A stretch of DNA of 64,000 nucleotides from Eledone cirrhosa (GCA_964016885.1 OZ024746.1:34906001-34970000), one strand, 5' to 3'. Numbered from the stretch's first letter, positions 1-12,553 are shown. Notes: generated by a model not told the origin, from the letters alone. Translations and numbers: made by a program.

Positions 1-494
1 ATACATGCAAACAGATACGTACATACACAAGCATACGCAAAACCTTACCATAGGTATACAAAACCACGCACATATAAATATGTGTGTGTGTGTGTGTATG
101 CTTGTGTACAAATAAATAAATAATTATATCAATGTATATAAGTAAATAAATACGTTAAAAACAAGCGCACACGCATGCCTACATATAAATACACGAATGA
201 TCGGAGACGTAAGTCAACTAAAACAAGAAGTGCACATATACACACTCCCACCATACGTACGAACCTGCATACTCACGCTGACGCGAAACTCCCGTATACA
301 CATAGTCAAACCCTAAATACCAGACTATGTAAAAATTATACGCCATAACAGTCAACTATACGTACGAGAAAGTATTCATACCTTCATAAAACATATGGGT
401 AATATATACTTACCTATGCAACTAAGTAAAGGAATGAACAAAACATATACTTAGCTCCCACATCAAGGCGTAAAATATCCACGTATAGGTCGCG

Positions 495-2622
495 CTATCC
501 GTTAGGGTATAACGTGGGGCTGTAATACAGGAAAGTTTTGTGCAATTTATGTTTACAAGCCGAAATTGCCTCAGATTTTTTGTTTAAGATGTGGTCTGTG
601 GCGTAGAGTATTTCCAGGGCCTCAGCGGCGCAGAGGTTACATGGTCTTTTATTTCCGTTATACGATCTAGCCCTAGCTTGGATCTCCCTGTGTAACTTAT
701 ATTGGGTGTGGTTATCTTTTAGACTCCAGATATAAGCTGAAAGTGACGTCATATTCCTTCTTAGAGGGTAGCGAAAAGAATGGGTATGCATGTAAAGACG
801 CTTCTTGAAACTATTGGCGGTTAACCCTATGTAGGCCCTATGGGACGTGGGTGTTACAACCTTACATTTGTAGACAATGTTACTAGAGAGGCATTTCCCG
901 GATAGGGGGCAATCAGCCCGATTCCTACAATTACAGTTAGTACTAACTACAGGGTTGCACGTGTTCCTACGGCTAGGTAGTTTAGCTAAATTTGAAGCTG
1001 TGATGTTATGTGCAAGGTTAGGAGTCGTAGAGTAAGAAATTTTAATAGTATTTCTATTAAAAATGTTACTATATTTATGTGTAGGGGAAAATGCTTCGTA
1101 ATAAGGGAAAGAAAGATCTTAGCTAATGGTGTGGCCACCTCCATATTAATGGTGGGTTAAACCAACAAATGCGACGGGATCTATTTCTTCTAGGTCTATT
1201 TTCGTACTCTGTATATGCTACCTTATCGACAAATCCACTTCGAGCAAGAGCTTCATTGTAATAAGTGGAATGGTCGTTGAAAATGCGCTCGCTGGTGGAA
1301 AGACGGGAAAGCCTCAACGAAACGTTTCTTACCAGGTTCTTGGTTATGCTGGCAGAATGGTTGGAATGCTTACTTATGTAATTAAGCGTATCATTCGGCT
1401 TTCTATACGGGTAATACAACCCATTCAATAAATTGAGGGTAACGTCGAGGTAATTAACGACCGAGAGATTGGCCTCAACCTGTATAGAGATGTTGAAGCC
1501 GTTAAAGAAGGCTGTGAGTTCTTTTCTGAACCTGTCGCAAGCACGAGGTCCGCACTTAGTCATGGTCAAAAGACCATCGTCACGGTACAAACCACGGCCC
1601 GCGTTGGGGAATTCGTCCTTAATAGAGAAAAGAAGGAAAATGCCAATAAGATCAGTAACCTCCGCAGAGTCACTGGCGCCCATACTCACGTCGAATGGGG
1701 TACTATTGGATTTTTTAATCCAAATAGAGTCGTCGAAATTAATCACCGACTTTCGGGCATTAAGGATGATATCAACTTCAAAATCCTTAACCACTGTGAG
1801 TGTTTTAGCGAAATTGATAGCTCTAAGGGGAAGTGGTAAAGGGATGGAGGAGTAGTAATTGTTGATGTCGAATTGGATAAAACGGCAATGTTCCTTGTTA
1901 CATATGCCGTTGAACCAATCAATCACCGCGAAAGAATTGTTCCACAGTGCGAGAGGGGCCAAACTTCTAATTTCAGGTATAATTCTATCAAGAATCGTTT
2001 TACTAAGTCTACCTAAATCGGACTTCGTATGGTTAATAAGCCGAATAGTGGGGTTGTTGGAAAAATTGGATTTGTGATCCTTCAGGGTAAAGTGGGGAGA
2101 GATAGGGTCCAGAGGTTCGGTCCGGTCCAGGATGTTGGGATCAGATGTGATTTTAAACCCAGCATCGTTGATTTCATTGATGACGCACTGATTAGTTTTA
2201 CGGTAATCCTTAGTTACAGCATTATGTAGTAGTTGATGGTAAGTACTGCGCTCCACTTGATATAGGTTGCCAGTTTTGTCGGAATGGACGTGCACGGCGT
2301 TAGAATCCTTAATAGAACGAATTCTATTCTTCAGGTGTTGCTGGAAGGAATTGCTCCTATTCCGAAATTTGATATTCCGAATGAGTTCCAAGACATCATT
2401 TTCGAAGGGTAGCAATGCTGGGTTCCACGGAGGGTTATTATAGGTTTTAAATCCAAATTTATCCTGTTTGTTGTCTGCTTTTCGCGGATTATCGAAATAA
2501 AAGGCACACCAAAGCAACCTTTTAATGAACGCGTCTGTTTTCTGTATCAGGAGTTTTAGGTATGTTTTCCTGCTTGGTACGGGTATGTTCTTTGTAGAAA
2601 TATTCAGATGTTGTTTCTGCAT
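495..2622 (-). pseudogene. PLE reverse transcriptase-GIY-YIG endonuclease ORF (about 709 aa if two 1-nt deletions are repaired)
   Basis: N-terminal KNIPVP; RT motifs FDINNYY, SMGA, LYRDDG and YLDVT; then WFNPP. After frameshifts near 1150 and 1085: IKISYS, CNCRNRADCPLSGKCL, IVY..YIG, KKRLYMH, CNLC..E, LNKKSE..CKH. Confidence 0.92.
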
Positions 2623-2775
2623 GATGAATATAAGTCAGTAGAGTGCTCAACCGAAGGAGCCAAATAGTAATAATAATAAAATTGAAGACTAAAATCCAAA
2701 GAGGGCTCGATAAGGAAAATATATATCAAATATATAAGAACCGTAGAGCAAATATTTATTAAAATAACAGATTAA

Positions 2776-2826
2776 AGTTTAAGCAAAGAATCGCTGCTTT
2801 CACCCTTAACGGGATCTTCTGAAACT
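2776..2826 (-). ncRNA. Hammerhead-like motif, family A (Naiad pLTR), variant core CAGAAGA
   Basis: agttt-CAGAAGA-tccc gttaa gggt-GAAA-gca..tgc-TT-aaact. Stems I, II and III pair; U4 is replaced by A; triplet CUU. Confidence 0.6.
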
Positions 2827-3737
2827 AACAAAGTCAATCTGTAAACGCAGAACTGGATATTTCAAAAACGTTGCAACCGGAGGAAGACAGGAAGACGATA
2901 CTTTGGTTCGTGGTAACGTTCGCTGGCAAAGAACGGGAAAAAACGAATAATACGTCATTAATAGGAGCGGTGAAAAACAATTACGCGCAAAGACAGAACC
3001 ACGTTTATGGTATAAAAGAGGTCGTAGACTAATGTTCTCTTAGGTGGGGGCATAGAGACGTTGTCTGGCAATGAACGAAAAAACGAAGATAATAAGTCGT
3101 ATGTGGAGCGTGTAGAACAATAGCACGCAAATACAAAACCACGTAAATGGTATAGCAGAAGTCGTAGACTAAAATTAATCTCCGCTACAGAGTTAAGAAC
3201 AAAGTAAATAAATACAATACAGAAGTAATAGAAACAAATAAATACATACATGCAAACAGATACGTACATACACAAGCATACGCAAAACCTTACCATAGGT
3301 ATACAAAACCACGCACATATAAATATGTGTATGTGTGTGTATGCTTGTGTACAAATAAATAAATAATTATATCAATGTATATAAGTAAATAAATACGTAT
3401 ATAACATGCGCACACGCATACCTACATATAAATACACGAATAATCGGAGACGTAAGTCAACTAAAACAAGAAGTACACATATACACACTCCCACTATACG
3501 TACGAACCTGCATACTCACGCTGACGCGAAACTCCCGTATACACATAGCCAAACCCTGAATACCAGTCTATGTAAAAATTATACGCCATAACAGTCAAAT
3601 ATACGTGCGAGAAAGTATACATATCTTCACAAAACATACGGGTAATATATGCTTACCTATGCAAATAAGTAAAGGAATAAACAAAACATATACTTAGCTC
3701 CCACATCAAGACGTAAAATATCCACGTATAGGTCGTG

Positions 3738-4108
3738 CTATCCGTTAGGGTATAACGTGGGGCTGTAATACAGGAAAGTTTTGTGCAATTTATGTTTACA
3801 AGCCGAAATTGCCTCAGATTTTTTGTTTAAGATGTGGTCTGTGGCGTAGAGTATTTCCAGGGCCTCAGCGGCGCAGATGTCACATGGTTTTTTATTTCCG
3901 TTATACGATCTAGCCCTAGCTAGGATCTCCCAGTGTAACTTATATTGGGTGTGGTTATCTTTTAGACTCCAGATATAAGCTGAAAGTGACGTCATATTCC
4001 TTCTTAGAGGGTAGCGAAAAGAATGGGTATGCATGTAAAGACGCTTCTTGAAACTATTGGCGGTTAACCCTATGTAGGCCCTATGGGACGTGGGTGTTAC
4101 AACCTTAC
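3738..4108 (-). pseudogene. Duplicated 3' end of the GIY-YIG domain (5'-truncated upstream unit)
   Basis: The 98-aa ORF is nearly identical to 495-791. Confidence 0.9.
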
Positions 4109-4125
4109 ATTATATGTATATATAA

Positions 4126-4164
<39 letters not shown>

Positions 4165-4244
4165 TATGTATATATCGTTTACACACAGAAAAGACGCAAT
4201 GTTTAAACAAATCACAGAGGCAATAAACATAAATAGACAAACGA

Positions 4245-4512
4245 AGGAAATGTGGTAAGGAACCAGGTGGACCATAATGCACCAAAGTACTCAATACTTA
4301 GGGTAGTAGAGTGGGTAATAGGAACGAGTAGGGTGGGTAATAGGAACGACGACTGAGCTCAAGCTTTTCCAACGGCTAATTCTGGACTCAGTCGCAACGG
4401 CTTGAGTTCTGCCGTCGGGGTCAAACTTTTTTCTTATTTCCCACTCTACTACCCTAAGTAATGAGTACTCTTGTGCGTTTTGGTCCATCTGGTTCGTTAC
4501 CACAATTCCTTT
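4245..4512. repeat. Fold-back pair of a dispersed repeat (other pieces at about 12880-12938 and 15250-15345)
   Basis: About 4245-4322 is the imperfect reverse complement of about 4432-4512. Confidence 0.7.
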
Positions 4513-4529
4513 GTTATGTGTATATATGC

Positions 4530-4740
4530 TTTATATCTGGAGATCTCTCTGCACTTGTCGTCACATGGTACCATGGGCCCAGCACTATGTGTCAATAATT
4601 GTCACAAGTGTAGTGTTTGTACCAGAGTTTTCAAGTCGCTGGCTGGACTAAAAAGTCACACTTGTTCAGCGCATCGGTAGGGGTTCTCCTACATGGATAT
4701 AAAGGAGTGGCCGTACTCGAAAACGAGTTGGCAGCCACCA
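4530..4740 (+). mobile_element. Probable RTE (BovB-like) LINE 3' end with C2H2 finger
   Basis: CSVCTRVFKSLAGLKSH..AH, then a stop, a short tail and a TA repeat. Confidence 0.5.
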
Positions 4741-4867
4741 TATATATACATATAGGTAGGAGGTGAGTTTTATTGTAATACAATAAAGCAAGGCACATAT
4801 CGGATAAGTATATTGATTTAAACTGCACTATTCACAAGTGTTTTTTAACCTTCATATCATGTCTCCC

Positions 4868-4938
4868 TATTTTATCTGACGAAAACGCAAATGTTGTCGC
4901 ATGATGATATTTGTTTTTGAAATGCGCATAATAAAATA
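4868..4938 (+). ncRNA. Type I hammerhead ribozyme, family B
   Basis: tattttat-CTGACGA-stem II-GAAA-tgcgca-TA-ataaaata. Stem I is 8 bp and loop III is palindromic. Confidence 0.75.
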
Positions 4939-4965
4939 AATGGAACTCTTTTAATGATCTTTTGA

Positions 4966-5023
<58 letters not shown>

Positions 5024-5090
5024 AAGGTTTAGCAAATAATGAAAAAGTTTCAAAATAAATTTTAAAAAATTGACTTTACCTACTATAGTT

Positions 5091-5174
5091 ACCTTTACCG
5101 ATCGTTTTCGAACCCCAAAAATAAAACGGAGACCATACGGCCTTCGTTGCAAAGAAAGATTCTCGTCAGAAGGT
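5091..5174 (-). ncRNA. Type I hammerhead ribozyme, family C
   Basis: acctt-CTGACGA-gaatc..ggttc-GAAA-acgatcgg-TA-aaggt. One mismatch in stem III. Confidence 0.8.
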
Positions 5175-5948
5175 TCTTTTCATTCAAAGGATATAAAATT
5201 CCTGAATTTAAATCACAGACTAGCGCTATCAAAACTGTTCCCGGGATGAGAGAGGATGATGTAGAAACAGGTTTATCAAGGGCCGAAGCAAAGATAAAGG
5301 CAGAAGGAGGTAGGTCAAACCAGCCACAGCTATCGCTAGCAGCACTCAGAACGACCAAATTTGTTCTCAACATTAGTGGAGGTAGTAGTAATAGGATATG
5401 TGTTCTTTCACGCACAAAGCGCTAAGGTACGCATGTATTGTCCAACCAAATGCCAGTGTGGTTCAATGGCGGGTTAGTAAATTAACGAGCCAGAACAAAT
5501 ACCGATCGGTAAAGGTACCGATCGGTAAAGGTACCGATCGGTAAAGGTAACTATAGTAGGTAAAGTCAATTTTTTTTTAATTTATTTTGAAACTTTTTCA
5601 TTATTTGCTAAACATTGTTTATATTTGTTCTGGTTCGTTAATTTATTAACCCGCTTTTGAACCACACTGGCATTTGGTTGGACAATACATGCGTACCTTA
5701 GCGCTTTGTGCGTGAAGGAACACATATCCTATTACTACTACCTCCACTAATGTTGAGAACAAATTTGGTCGTTCTGACTGCTGCTAGCGATAGCTGTGGC
5801 TGGTTTGACCTACCTCCTTCTGCCTCTATCTTTGCTTCGGCCCTTGATAAACCTGTTTCTACATCATCCTCTCTCATCCCGGGAACAGTTTTGATAGCGC
5901 TAGTCTGTGATTTAAATTCAGGAATTTTATATTCTTTGAATGAAAAGA

Positions 5949-6032
5949 ACCTTCTGACGAGAATCTTTCTTTGCAACGAAGGCCGTATGGTCTCCGTTTT
6001 ATTTTTGGGATTCGAAACCGATCGGTGAAGGT
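5949..6032 (+). ncRNA. Type I hammerhead ribozyme, family C (cleavage triplet mutated to GUG)
   Basis: acctt-CTGACGA-gaatc..gattc-GAAA-ccgatcgg-TG-aaggt. Confidence 0.8.
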
Positions 6033-6212
6033 AACTATAGTAGGTAAAGTCAATTTTTTTAAATTTATTTTGAAACTTTTTCATTATTTGCTAAACCTTG
6101 TTTATATTTGTTCTGGCTCGTTAATTTATTAACTCGCCATTGAACCACACTGGCATTTGGTTGGACAATACATGCGTACCTTAGCGCTTTGTGCGTGAAG
6201 GAACACATATCC

Positions 6213-6248
<36 letters not shown>

Positions 6249-6331
6249 CAATGATCGGAATTAGAGATTTCCAAAGTCCACAGTAATGATTCTTTACACA
6301 CATCTCACTGTGTGACACACTTCTCTCTGTG

Positions 6332-6380
<49 letters not shown>

Positions 6381-6399
6381 AGCGTACTTGTGTTTCATA

Positions 6400-6760
6400 G
6401 TTGCAATTATTGATTATAATCTGCAAGGAATGTATAGAACAAACATCTAGGGACATTGGATAGCGAATAGGATGAATACTGAAAGAAAATGGATACATTT
6501 GAACCATCGGAGGTTTCTGCCACAAAAGGGTATATATGCGTACACCACGTTTAGAAAAAATTCGCATGTGAGTGTATCAGAGGGTGTTTCATTGGCAAAT
6601 ATTTCCCCATTTTCAGGATCCAATGTGAATGCCCACTTTTGCAGTGTAAGTTTAACATTTACCATTGTTTGATGGCTACTTATTTGAAAACCTAAAACAT
6701 ATATTCGAGCATCTGCAATCAACTAACTTATAAGAGAATAAAAAAAAATTAAGTGTGTAT
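6400..6760 (-). pseudogene. Possible decayed PLE GIY-YIG fragment (Neptune/Poseidon-like)
   Basis: TLTCEFFLNVVYAYIPFCG resembles TCxSxNVVYxIxCxxCG. Weak. Confidence 0.3.
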
Positions 6761-7250
6761 AATAAGGAATTTAACGTAATCACCGGAAAGATAAGAGAAA
6801 CCATTAAGACCCAGAACATTTATTTAAACTAGACCTTCGTCAATTTTTACCGTTCATGGTTATATAGGTGCCTGCATTCATATTGCAATTTAAGGCACGT
6901 TGTTCAGGTGTTGTTCATCTTTTTAGAATTGCAGGGTGTTTGCAGAGCTTATGATAATGGCAGCTTCTACAATAAACGCTTAGCAGATACAGTTGTCAAA
7001 TGGCTCCTTAATAGAAAGCTTACCAGTAAATTCTCTACGAATTCCACTGCAGGAAAAGCTAAAAGTAGCTTCGAACATTGGCACACGATAAAAATAGAGA
7101 AGGCTAACAATTTAGATAACATAAAAGGAAAATTTATAGTCGTCATCAGTATCCAAAAGCAACATATGTCGATGAACCCGGAATGGCGAAAATAAATCTC
7201 GAAGTTAAACGGAAAAGATTCGTATTGTCTTCTCTGAGTGGCAATTATTA

Positions 7251-7350
7251 ATTGTTTCTACTTTAGGCACAAGGCCAGCAATTACCCAGTGCATTACTGG
7301 TACTTTATTTTATCGACCCCGTAAGGATGAAAGGCAAAGTCAGAGTGGCA
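7251..7350 (-). mobile_element. SINE family 1, 3' half
   Basis: Reverse complement of ctttcatccttacggggtcgataaaataaagtaccag..ggccttgtgcc. Confidence 0.8.
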
Positions 7351-7375
7351 ATTATTAATGACATATGGACAGAAT

Positions 7376-7409
<34 letters not shown>

Positions 7410-7626
7410 CCCCCCGCATACCCCCCCACCCACACACACACAGGCAGACAAAGAGGCGCGCGCACACACGCAACTATATATATATATATATATACATATA
7501 TTGTAGGAGGTGAGTTTTATTGTAGTACAATAAAGCAATGCAAATATCGGATAAGTAGCACTCCGCAGTTTATAGGACTGGAGTATAAATAATATAAGAT
7601 CAAAATATGGTTAAAAGAGTTCCATG

Positions 7627-7697
7627 TATTTTATTATGCGCATTTCAAAAACAAATATCATCATGGGATGATAATTGCGTTCTCATCAGATAAAATA
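7627..7697 (-). ncRNA. Type I hammerhead ribozyme, family B (left arm of fold-back 7598-7888)
   Basis: Reverse complement of tattttat-CTGATGA..GAAA-tgcgca-TA-ataaaata. Confidence 0.85.
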
Positions 7698-7784
7698 GGG
7701 AGACATGATATGAAGCTTAAAAAACATGTTGATTTAACACTTTACTGCTCGCAAGTGTTTTTTAAGCTTCATATCATGTCTCCC

Positions 7785-7855
7785 TATTTTATCTGATGAG
7801 AACGCAAACATCATCCCATGATGATATTTGTTTTTGAAATGCGCATAATAAAATA
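7785..7855 (+). ncRNA. Type I hammerhead ribozyme, family B (right arm)
   Basis: tattttat-CTGATGA-gaac..atcat ccc atgat..tttt-GAAA-tgcgca-TA-ataaaata. Confidence 0.85.
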
Positions 7856-7914
7856 CCTGGAACTCTTTTAACCATATTTTGATATTATATTATATTATAT
7901 ATATATATAATATA

Positions 7915-8323
7915 AGACTTGGACACTAACCAAAAAACTCACTCAGATGGTGGATGGTTGTAACACGAGAATGCTGAGGATCGCTCTGAACATTAATCAG
8001 TATACACTGAGGATGAAAAACTCAGAGTTGTATGGGAGCCTCACAAAAGTCAGCTCGAAAGTGAAACAGAGAGACTGAGGTTAGCTGGACATGCTCACCG
8101 ACATCCAGAGTTGACATTGCACTCAGTGCTCCTGTCGGATCCCCTACATGGACATACTAGAAGAGGAAGACAAAGGTTAACGTATGTTGATGCCCTAAGG
8201 ACAGACACTGGTCTGTTGGAGACGCAGGACATGGCAGAGATAATGAGGGACAGAGACCCCTGGAGAGAACTCGTCCAGGGATCTCGTAAACAAACGAACA
8301 GCACGATTTATGCCGTACAGTGA
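7915..8323 (+). mobile_element. RTE-clade LINE 3' fragment
   Basis: WTLT..DGCNTRMLRIALN..RLRLAGHAHRH..RRGRQRLTYVD..RDRDPWR is a typical RTE C-terminus. Confidence 0.85.
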
Positions 8324-8365
8324 TTAGGCAACCACGTCACCTTTTTGTTCAACACTGACACAGGA

Positions 8366-8408
8366 ACAATGTACTAGTTTCAAGCTTATTAGCTATCGTC
8401 AGCATCGT
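8366..8408 (-). ncRNA. Minimal type I hammerhead ribozyme, family D
   Basis: acgatg-CTGACGA-tagc taataa gctt-GAAA-ctag-TA-cattgt. Confidence 0.85.
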
Positions 8409-8739
8409 ATACCTTCCTGCCAGATGGTTGAACGTCTGAAAGTATATACTTTCCTTATGCATATTAACGGCTGAGCAGTCTAATTTGCATATCGTGTGAG
8501 TTTAGTCGGCGGGGAGCACCAAAAACGATAATTGGAATAGAATGAAACGGAATTTCATTTCTCACTCGTAGTACGGCAGTTACTTAAAAGTAAGTATGTA
8601 TGCATGTATACGTACATACATATATGTATACAGGCGTACAGTAGTATGAATATATATACATACATGCACACATATATATATGCACGTATCGGTTTACCGA
8701 ACATTTATTATAATGCTCGGTTTGTTTGTTATAATTTTA

Positions 8740-8902
8740 CCGCGGGTTCAATCGGGAGTAACCACAGTAAGTAAAGTACTGAAAACAAAGCAGAGTATAC
8801 ATATTTAATATAGAAAGGCTTCTACAGGACTAGAACTGTTTCATTCTGAAGATTTCTCACGAATGAAACAGTTATAGTCCTGTAGAAGCCTTTCCATATT
8901 AA
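8740..8902. mobile_element. pLTR-like family E fold-back with partial HHR (core at 8846-8852)
   Basis: Inverted arms at about 8805-8846 and 8861-8902. CTGAAGA-tttc..gaat-GAAA-cag..ctg-TA. The tail is shared with copies at 15470-15545, 18065-18140 and 31165-31255. Confidence 0.65.
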
Positions 8903-8929
8903 ACACACACACGCACATCACACACTCAC

Positions 8930-9023
<94 letters not shown>

Positions 9024-9679
9024 CATATATATATATATATATATATATACGCATGAGTGTGTCGATGCATGTACATTTGTGTGTGAGAGTTTGTAAATTA
9101 AGTGAACCATAATGGATTACATCAAATATAAGTTGAATTGTATAATTATGCCTTATCTAACGTTTATGCATATTACTTGGTATTTTGCTCACAGATTATC
9201 AATAAACCATTCATCGTATTGTTTGTTTGAATGAGAAATTTCATATGTAGAAACTATGACAAAAAGTAGTTTAAATTTGTTAATTTGTGAAATAATTATA
9301 GTTGATAAACTTTAGAAGTAAATAAAGTAAAGCAAAGAAAATGACTGTAAAACAAAATCATTTATTCCATATACTAGATGGCAGATATACATCTGTGTGT
9401 AAGCAGAAAGTTTTTTCTTATTTCAATATATGTACGTCAATACTCATCTTTTTCCATTTCTTATAGGATTCTACCATCAGCTGAAGATCCGCTAAGGTGA
9501 AACAATTTTTCTCGGTATGGTGAACTAACTGTTGTGTAACCACTTCTATATATATACATATATATATATATAGAGAGAGAGAGAGAGGGGGGGGAGAGAG
9601 AGAGAGAGAGAGAGAGAGTGTGTGTGTGAGAGAGACAGAGAGAGAGAGAGAGAGTGAGAGATGTATACATATATATATA

Positions 9680-10756
9680 ACCGTAGACAAGAGAACTCTA
9701 TGACGCTGGCTAAAAATGATCTGGCAGCTTAAGGACACCAACCAGGAATATGAGATTAGCTGGTCGAAGTTATCGTGTGCAAGGGCCTGCAATATGGAGC
9801 TGCGGGCTTTGCAATATGGAGCTGCTCCATATTTTAAAGTAAGATAAAATGCTACTTGACAACAACATTTTCTGTAGGCACAAACAGCTACCAAGTTCTG
9901 TAACTTCAAACCGGCTTGATTCGAAGCAGCAATCTCAGAATTCAAGCAGAAAACCCGGGTTGTAATGTACTAGCTCCACAACATCGCACTGTTATTAGCT
10001 GTCAACTGACCAACTGATCATTAAATCAACATCATAAATCTCCCAACCTTTCTTTCACTCACTCTCTCTCTCTCTATAGCCGCATCATAAGACAAAACAA
10101 TCAGTCTACCAGACCTTAATCACCCATATTTCACTGCCCCTTTCACTTTTTTATTCTCTCTCTATCTATCTACTCCTTACCCGTCCTTAACTCTACCCCG
10201 TATGTGTCAACCTCGAATCCTTATCCTCAATCTCTCTCTCCTGTCCCTTATTTCTTCCTCTCTTACTTATTTTTTATTTTTTATCTTTTATCTCTTATTT
10301 TTTTTTTTTACTAAATTCTCTGAGATGATTATACTTCTAGCATATATTCTGTATTTCATGTTAATGTTATCTTTACCGTCATCAGTATTTTACACATCCA
10401 CTTACTCACCACTAAAACTCCACCTACCACGACCACCACTACTATTATCAGTAATCATATTCTGTACTCTTTTTTTTTTTTTTATATATCTTTATCATTT
10501 TCATTCTAACTTCTTTATTATTATCTTTTATTATCTTTTATTATTGTTGTTATTGTTTTCATTCTCCGATGTATCTATAAATACCAATGCCATGTGTTAC
10601 ACCATCCAGTATTCCGATGATTTGATCAGAGACACACACTGTATTTAAGGTCGAGTGATTAGCGTCCTTTAGATTCACCTGATCAATGAAACAATTGTTA
10701 ATACTGTATATAAAACCAAACCCTTTTTGTACAGCCGACCATGTTATTCTTCACTC

Positions 10757-10760
<4 letters not shown>
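9680..10760 (+). mobile_element. Decayed 3' end of a second Naiad-type PLE (GIY-YIG C-terminus, UTR, HHR)
   Basis: TLAKMIWQLKDTNQEYEISWS..LCNMELLHILK parallels the endonuclease at 495-791. An HHR follows at 10607. Confidence 0.7.
10607..10706 (+). ncRNA. Type I hammerhead motif, family F (core CCGATGA)
   Basis: cagtatt-CCGATGA-tttgatcag..ctgatcaat-GAAA-caattg-TT-aatactg. Stem I is 7 bp, stem II is 8 bp. Confidence 0.75.
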
Positions 10761-10805
<45 letters not shown>

Positions 10806-10818
10806 CGTGATTGTGATA

Positions 10819-10865
<47 letters not shown>

Positions 10866-12042
10866 CAAAGACAAAATACACTACAAAGATATAGTACGAA
10901 AAGAATCTTGGACGCTAGTCCGTCATCGGAAGAAGAAATGGAAATATATATTAAATTATATGAACTCTATAGTATAATAAATTAAAGGTCAGCTAAGTCG
11001 CTGGGAAATGTAAGATTGCATGCGATATTAGATTACCTATGTTTAGGGATGCATGCACACATTAGTTTATTGTAATAATTGCTTTTTGTACTCATTAAAT
11101 ATATAGCTTACTCGTGTGCTATATTCGGAGAGGTTGTTTAGTTGTCAAATGATAGAGAACTGCAGTGTTTCAATATGCTTGTCAATGTGGCTACAATTGA
11201 TAAAAATGATGGTGGGTTGTTAGCGGAAATCTGAAGCTTGCTGTGGGGATTTGTGGAATATTACAATTTTCAAATATTCTGTTGACATTGACACAGGTCA
11301 CAGTTTTCAGTCGTCTTTTTTATAAATATAGGCATTTGCATTTTTGTTAATTATCGATGCAATTACACTCTTTCTTCGGTTCATACTTTTATTTTGTATC
11401 ATAATAGGAAAGGATTTATAAAGAAGCGTTGATTTGTATATTACATACTTCATCTCATGTTTCCGTACGACTTCAAATTAAGGTGTCGTTGAAATGATAT
11501 CCAATTCTTTAACAATAGCATAATTGATTTGTCAACTGTTTGGTGTGTCACGACCCGCACTGTGAAACTGTTTGCTTGTGTCCGAATGTAGATTTAATAT
11601 TATTGAATAATTGTGTGGTTACTGGACAACGGAATATTTTTTCAATTTAAATTGTTCGTTGCAGTAAAGGACAACATATTTAATGGAAAAGGGGGCGGAA
11701 AACACGATCTATTCATGCATCGAGTCTTAGAATTCGTTAGTGTGTAGATGGGATGAGTTGTAACTTGCCCAATTAATTACTCGAAAAGCAGTGTAAGAAA
11801 AGGAATTCATGTATACACATACAAAGAGAGAGTGACAGAATATATATATATATTTTTTATTTTGTTTGACCCGTTTAGGTTGCCTCGTTTTTTTAGCGTA
11901 GGTGGTTAATAGCTTCTTATACACCGTCTCAGTTAGTATGGCCTTTATAACCTATGTTTATTGCTCTGGTCTCTTTTGGTCCGTGGAACGCTTGACAGAA
12001 ATTGCGTTTCGCTTTTTTCTACGCCCCGAAATACGATTCTCG

Positions 12043-12120
<78 letters not shown>

Positions 12121-12492
12121 GAATGAGGTTTTTTTAATAAAGAAAACGTGATGCATACACGGGTGAAAGTGTGAGGAAAAGATATCGAAAATGCAACTTG
12201 AGTCATTTTAAGAATTTATTTTCATTTCTCTTACCAGTTTCACACCTTTAGGAAAGTTGGTGTAATCGGCAAGGACACTTAGGTTTGGCTTCAATTCCTA
12301 CGCATGCTGGTGACGGTTTTATTTTCGTTCTGATGGCGTGTAAGCCCTGGTATTAGATTTTTTTGTTGTTGTCAAATATTAAACGTTAAACGTTAATAAT
12401 ATAATTCAAATTAAACACTCACCATCATCTACACACTTGAGTTTTACACCCAGAGACACACACAGAGACACAGACACAGACACACAGACACA

Positions 12493-12553
<61 letters not shown>

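Larger units (their letters stand above)
1..4108 (-). mobile_element. Penelope-like retroelement (Naiad-type) in partial-tandem arrangement; runs off the window start
   Basis: RT + GIY-YIG ORF at 495-2622. Positions 1-865 are repeated at about 3246-4108 (offset about 3244). HHR-bearing pseudo-LTR lies upstream of the ATG, and the 5' junction is in (TA)n at about 4110. Confidence 0.92.
5020..6216. mobile_element. Retrozyme/pLTR-like 484-bp unit: one inverted copy plus about 1.4 direct tandem copies
   Basis: 5544-6027 repeats from 6028 to about 6216. 5020-5500 is a permuted reverse-complement copy. Both outer flanks are (TA)n. Confidence 0.85.

Noticed and set aside
495-2622. Selenoprotein-type Naiad (in-frame UGA plus SECIS), known for some Naiads
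   Set aside because: All Cys positions read as TGT/TGC, no in-frame TGA was seen, and I found no convincing SECIS.
5095-6084. 92-128 aa ORFs in the 484-bp unit
   Set aside because: No recognisable domain; they recur only because the DNA is repeated.
10890-10940. Minus-strand CCGATGA-cggac tagc gtcc
   Set aside because: GAAA and stem I are missing; at best a dead HHR.
11100-11720. Scattered Naiad-like peptides on the minus strand (KNIPL, CNC, SFRFP)
   Set aside because: Too fragmentary to support without a search.
12225-12285. Minus-strand acacc..ggtgt-GAAA-ctgg-TA
   Set aside because: The core and stem I are degenerate.
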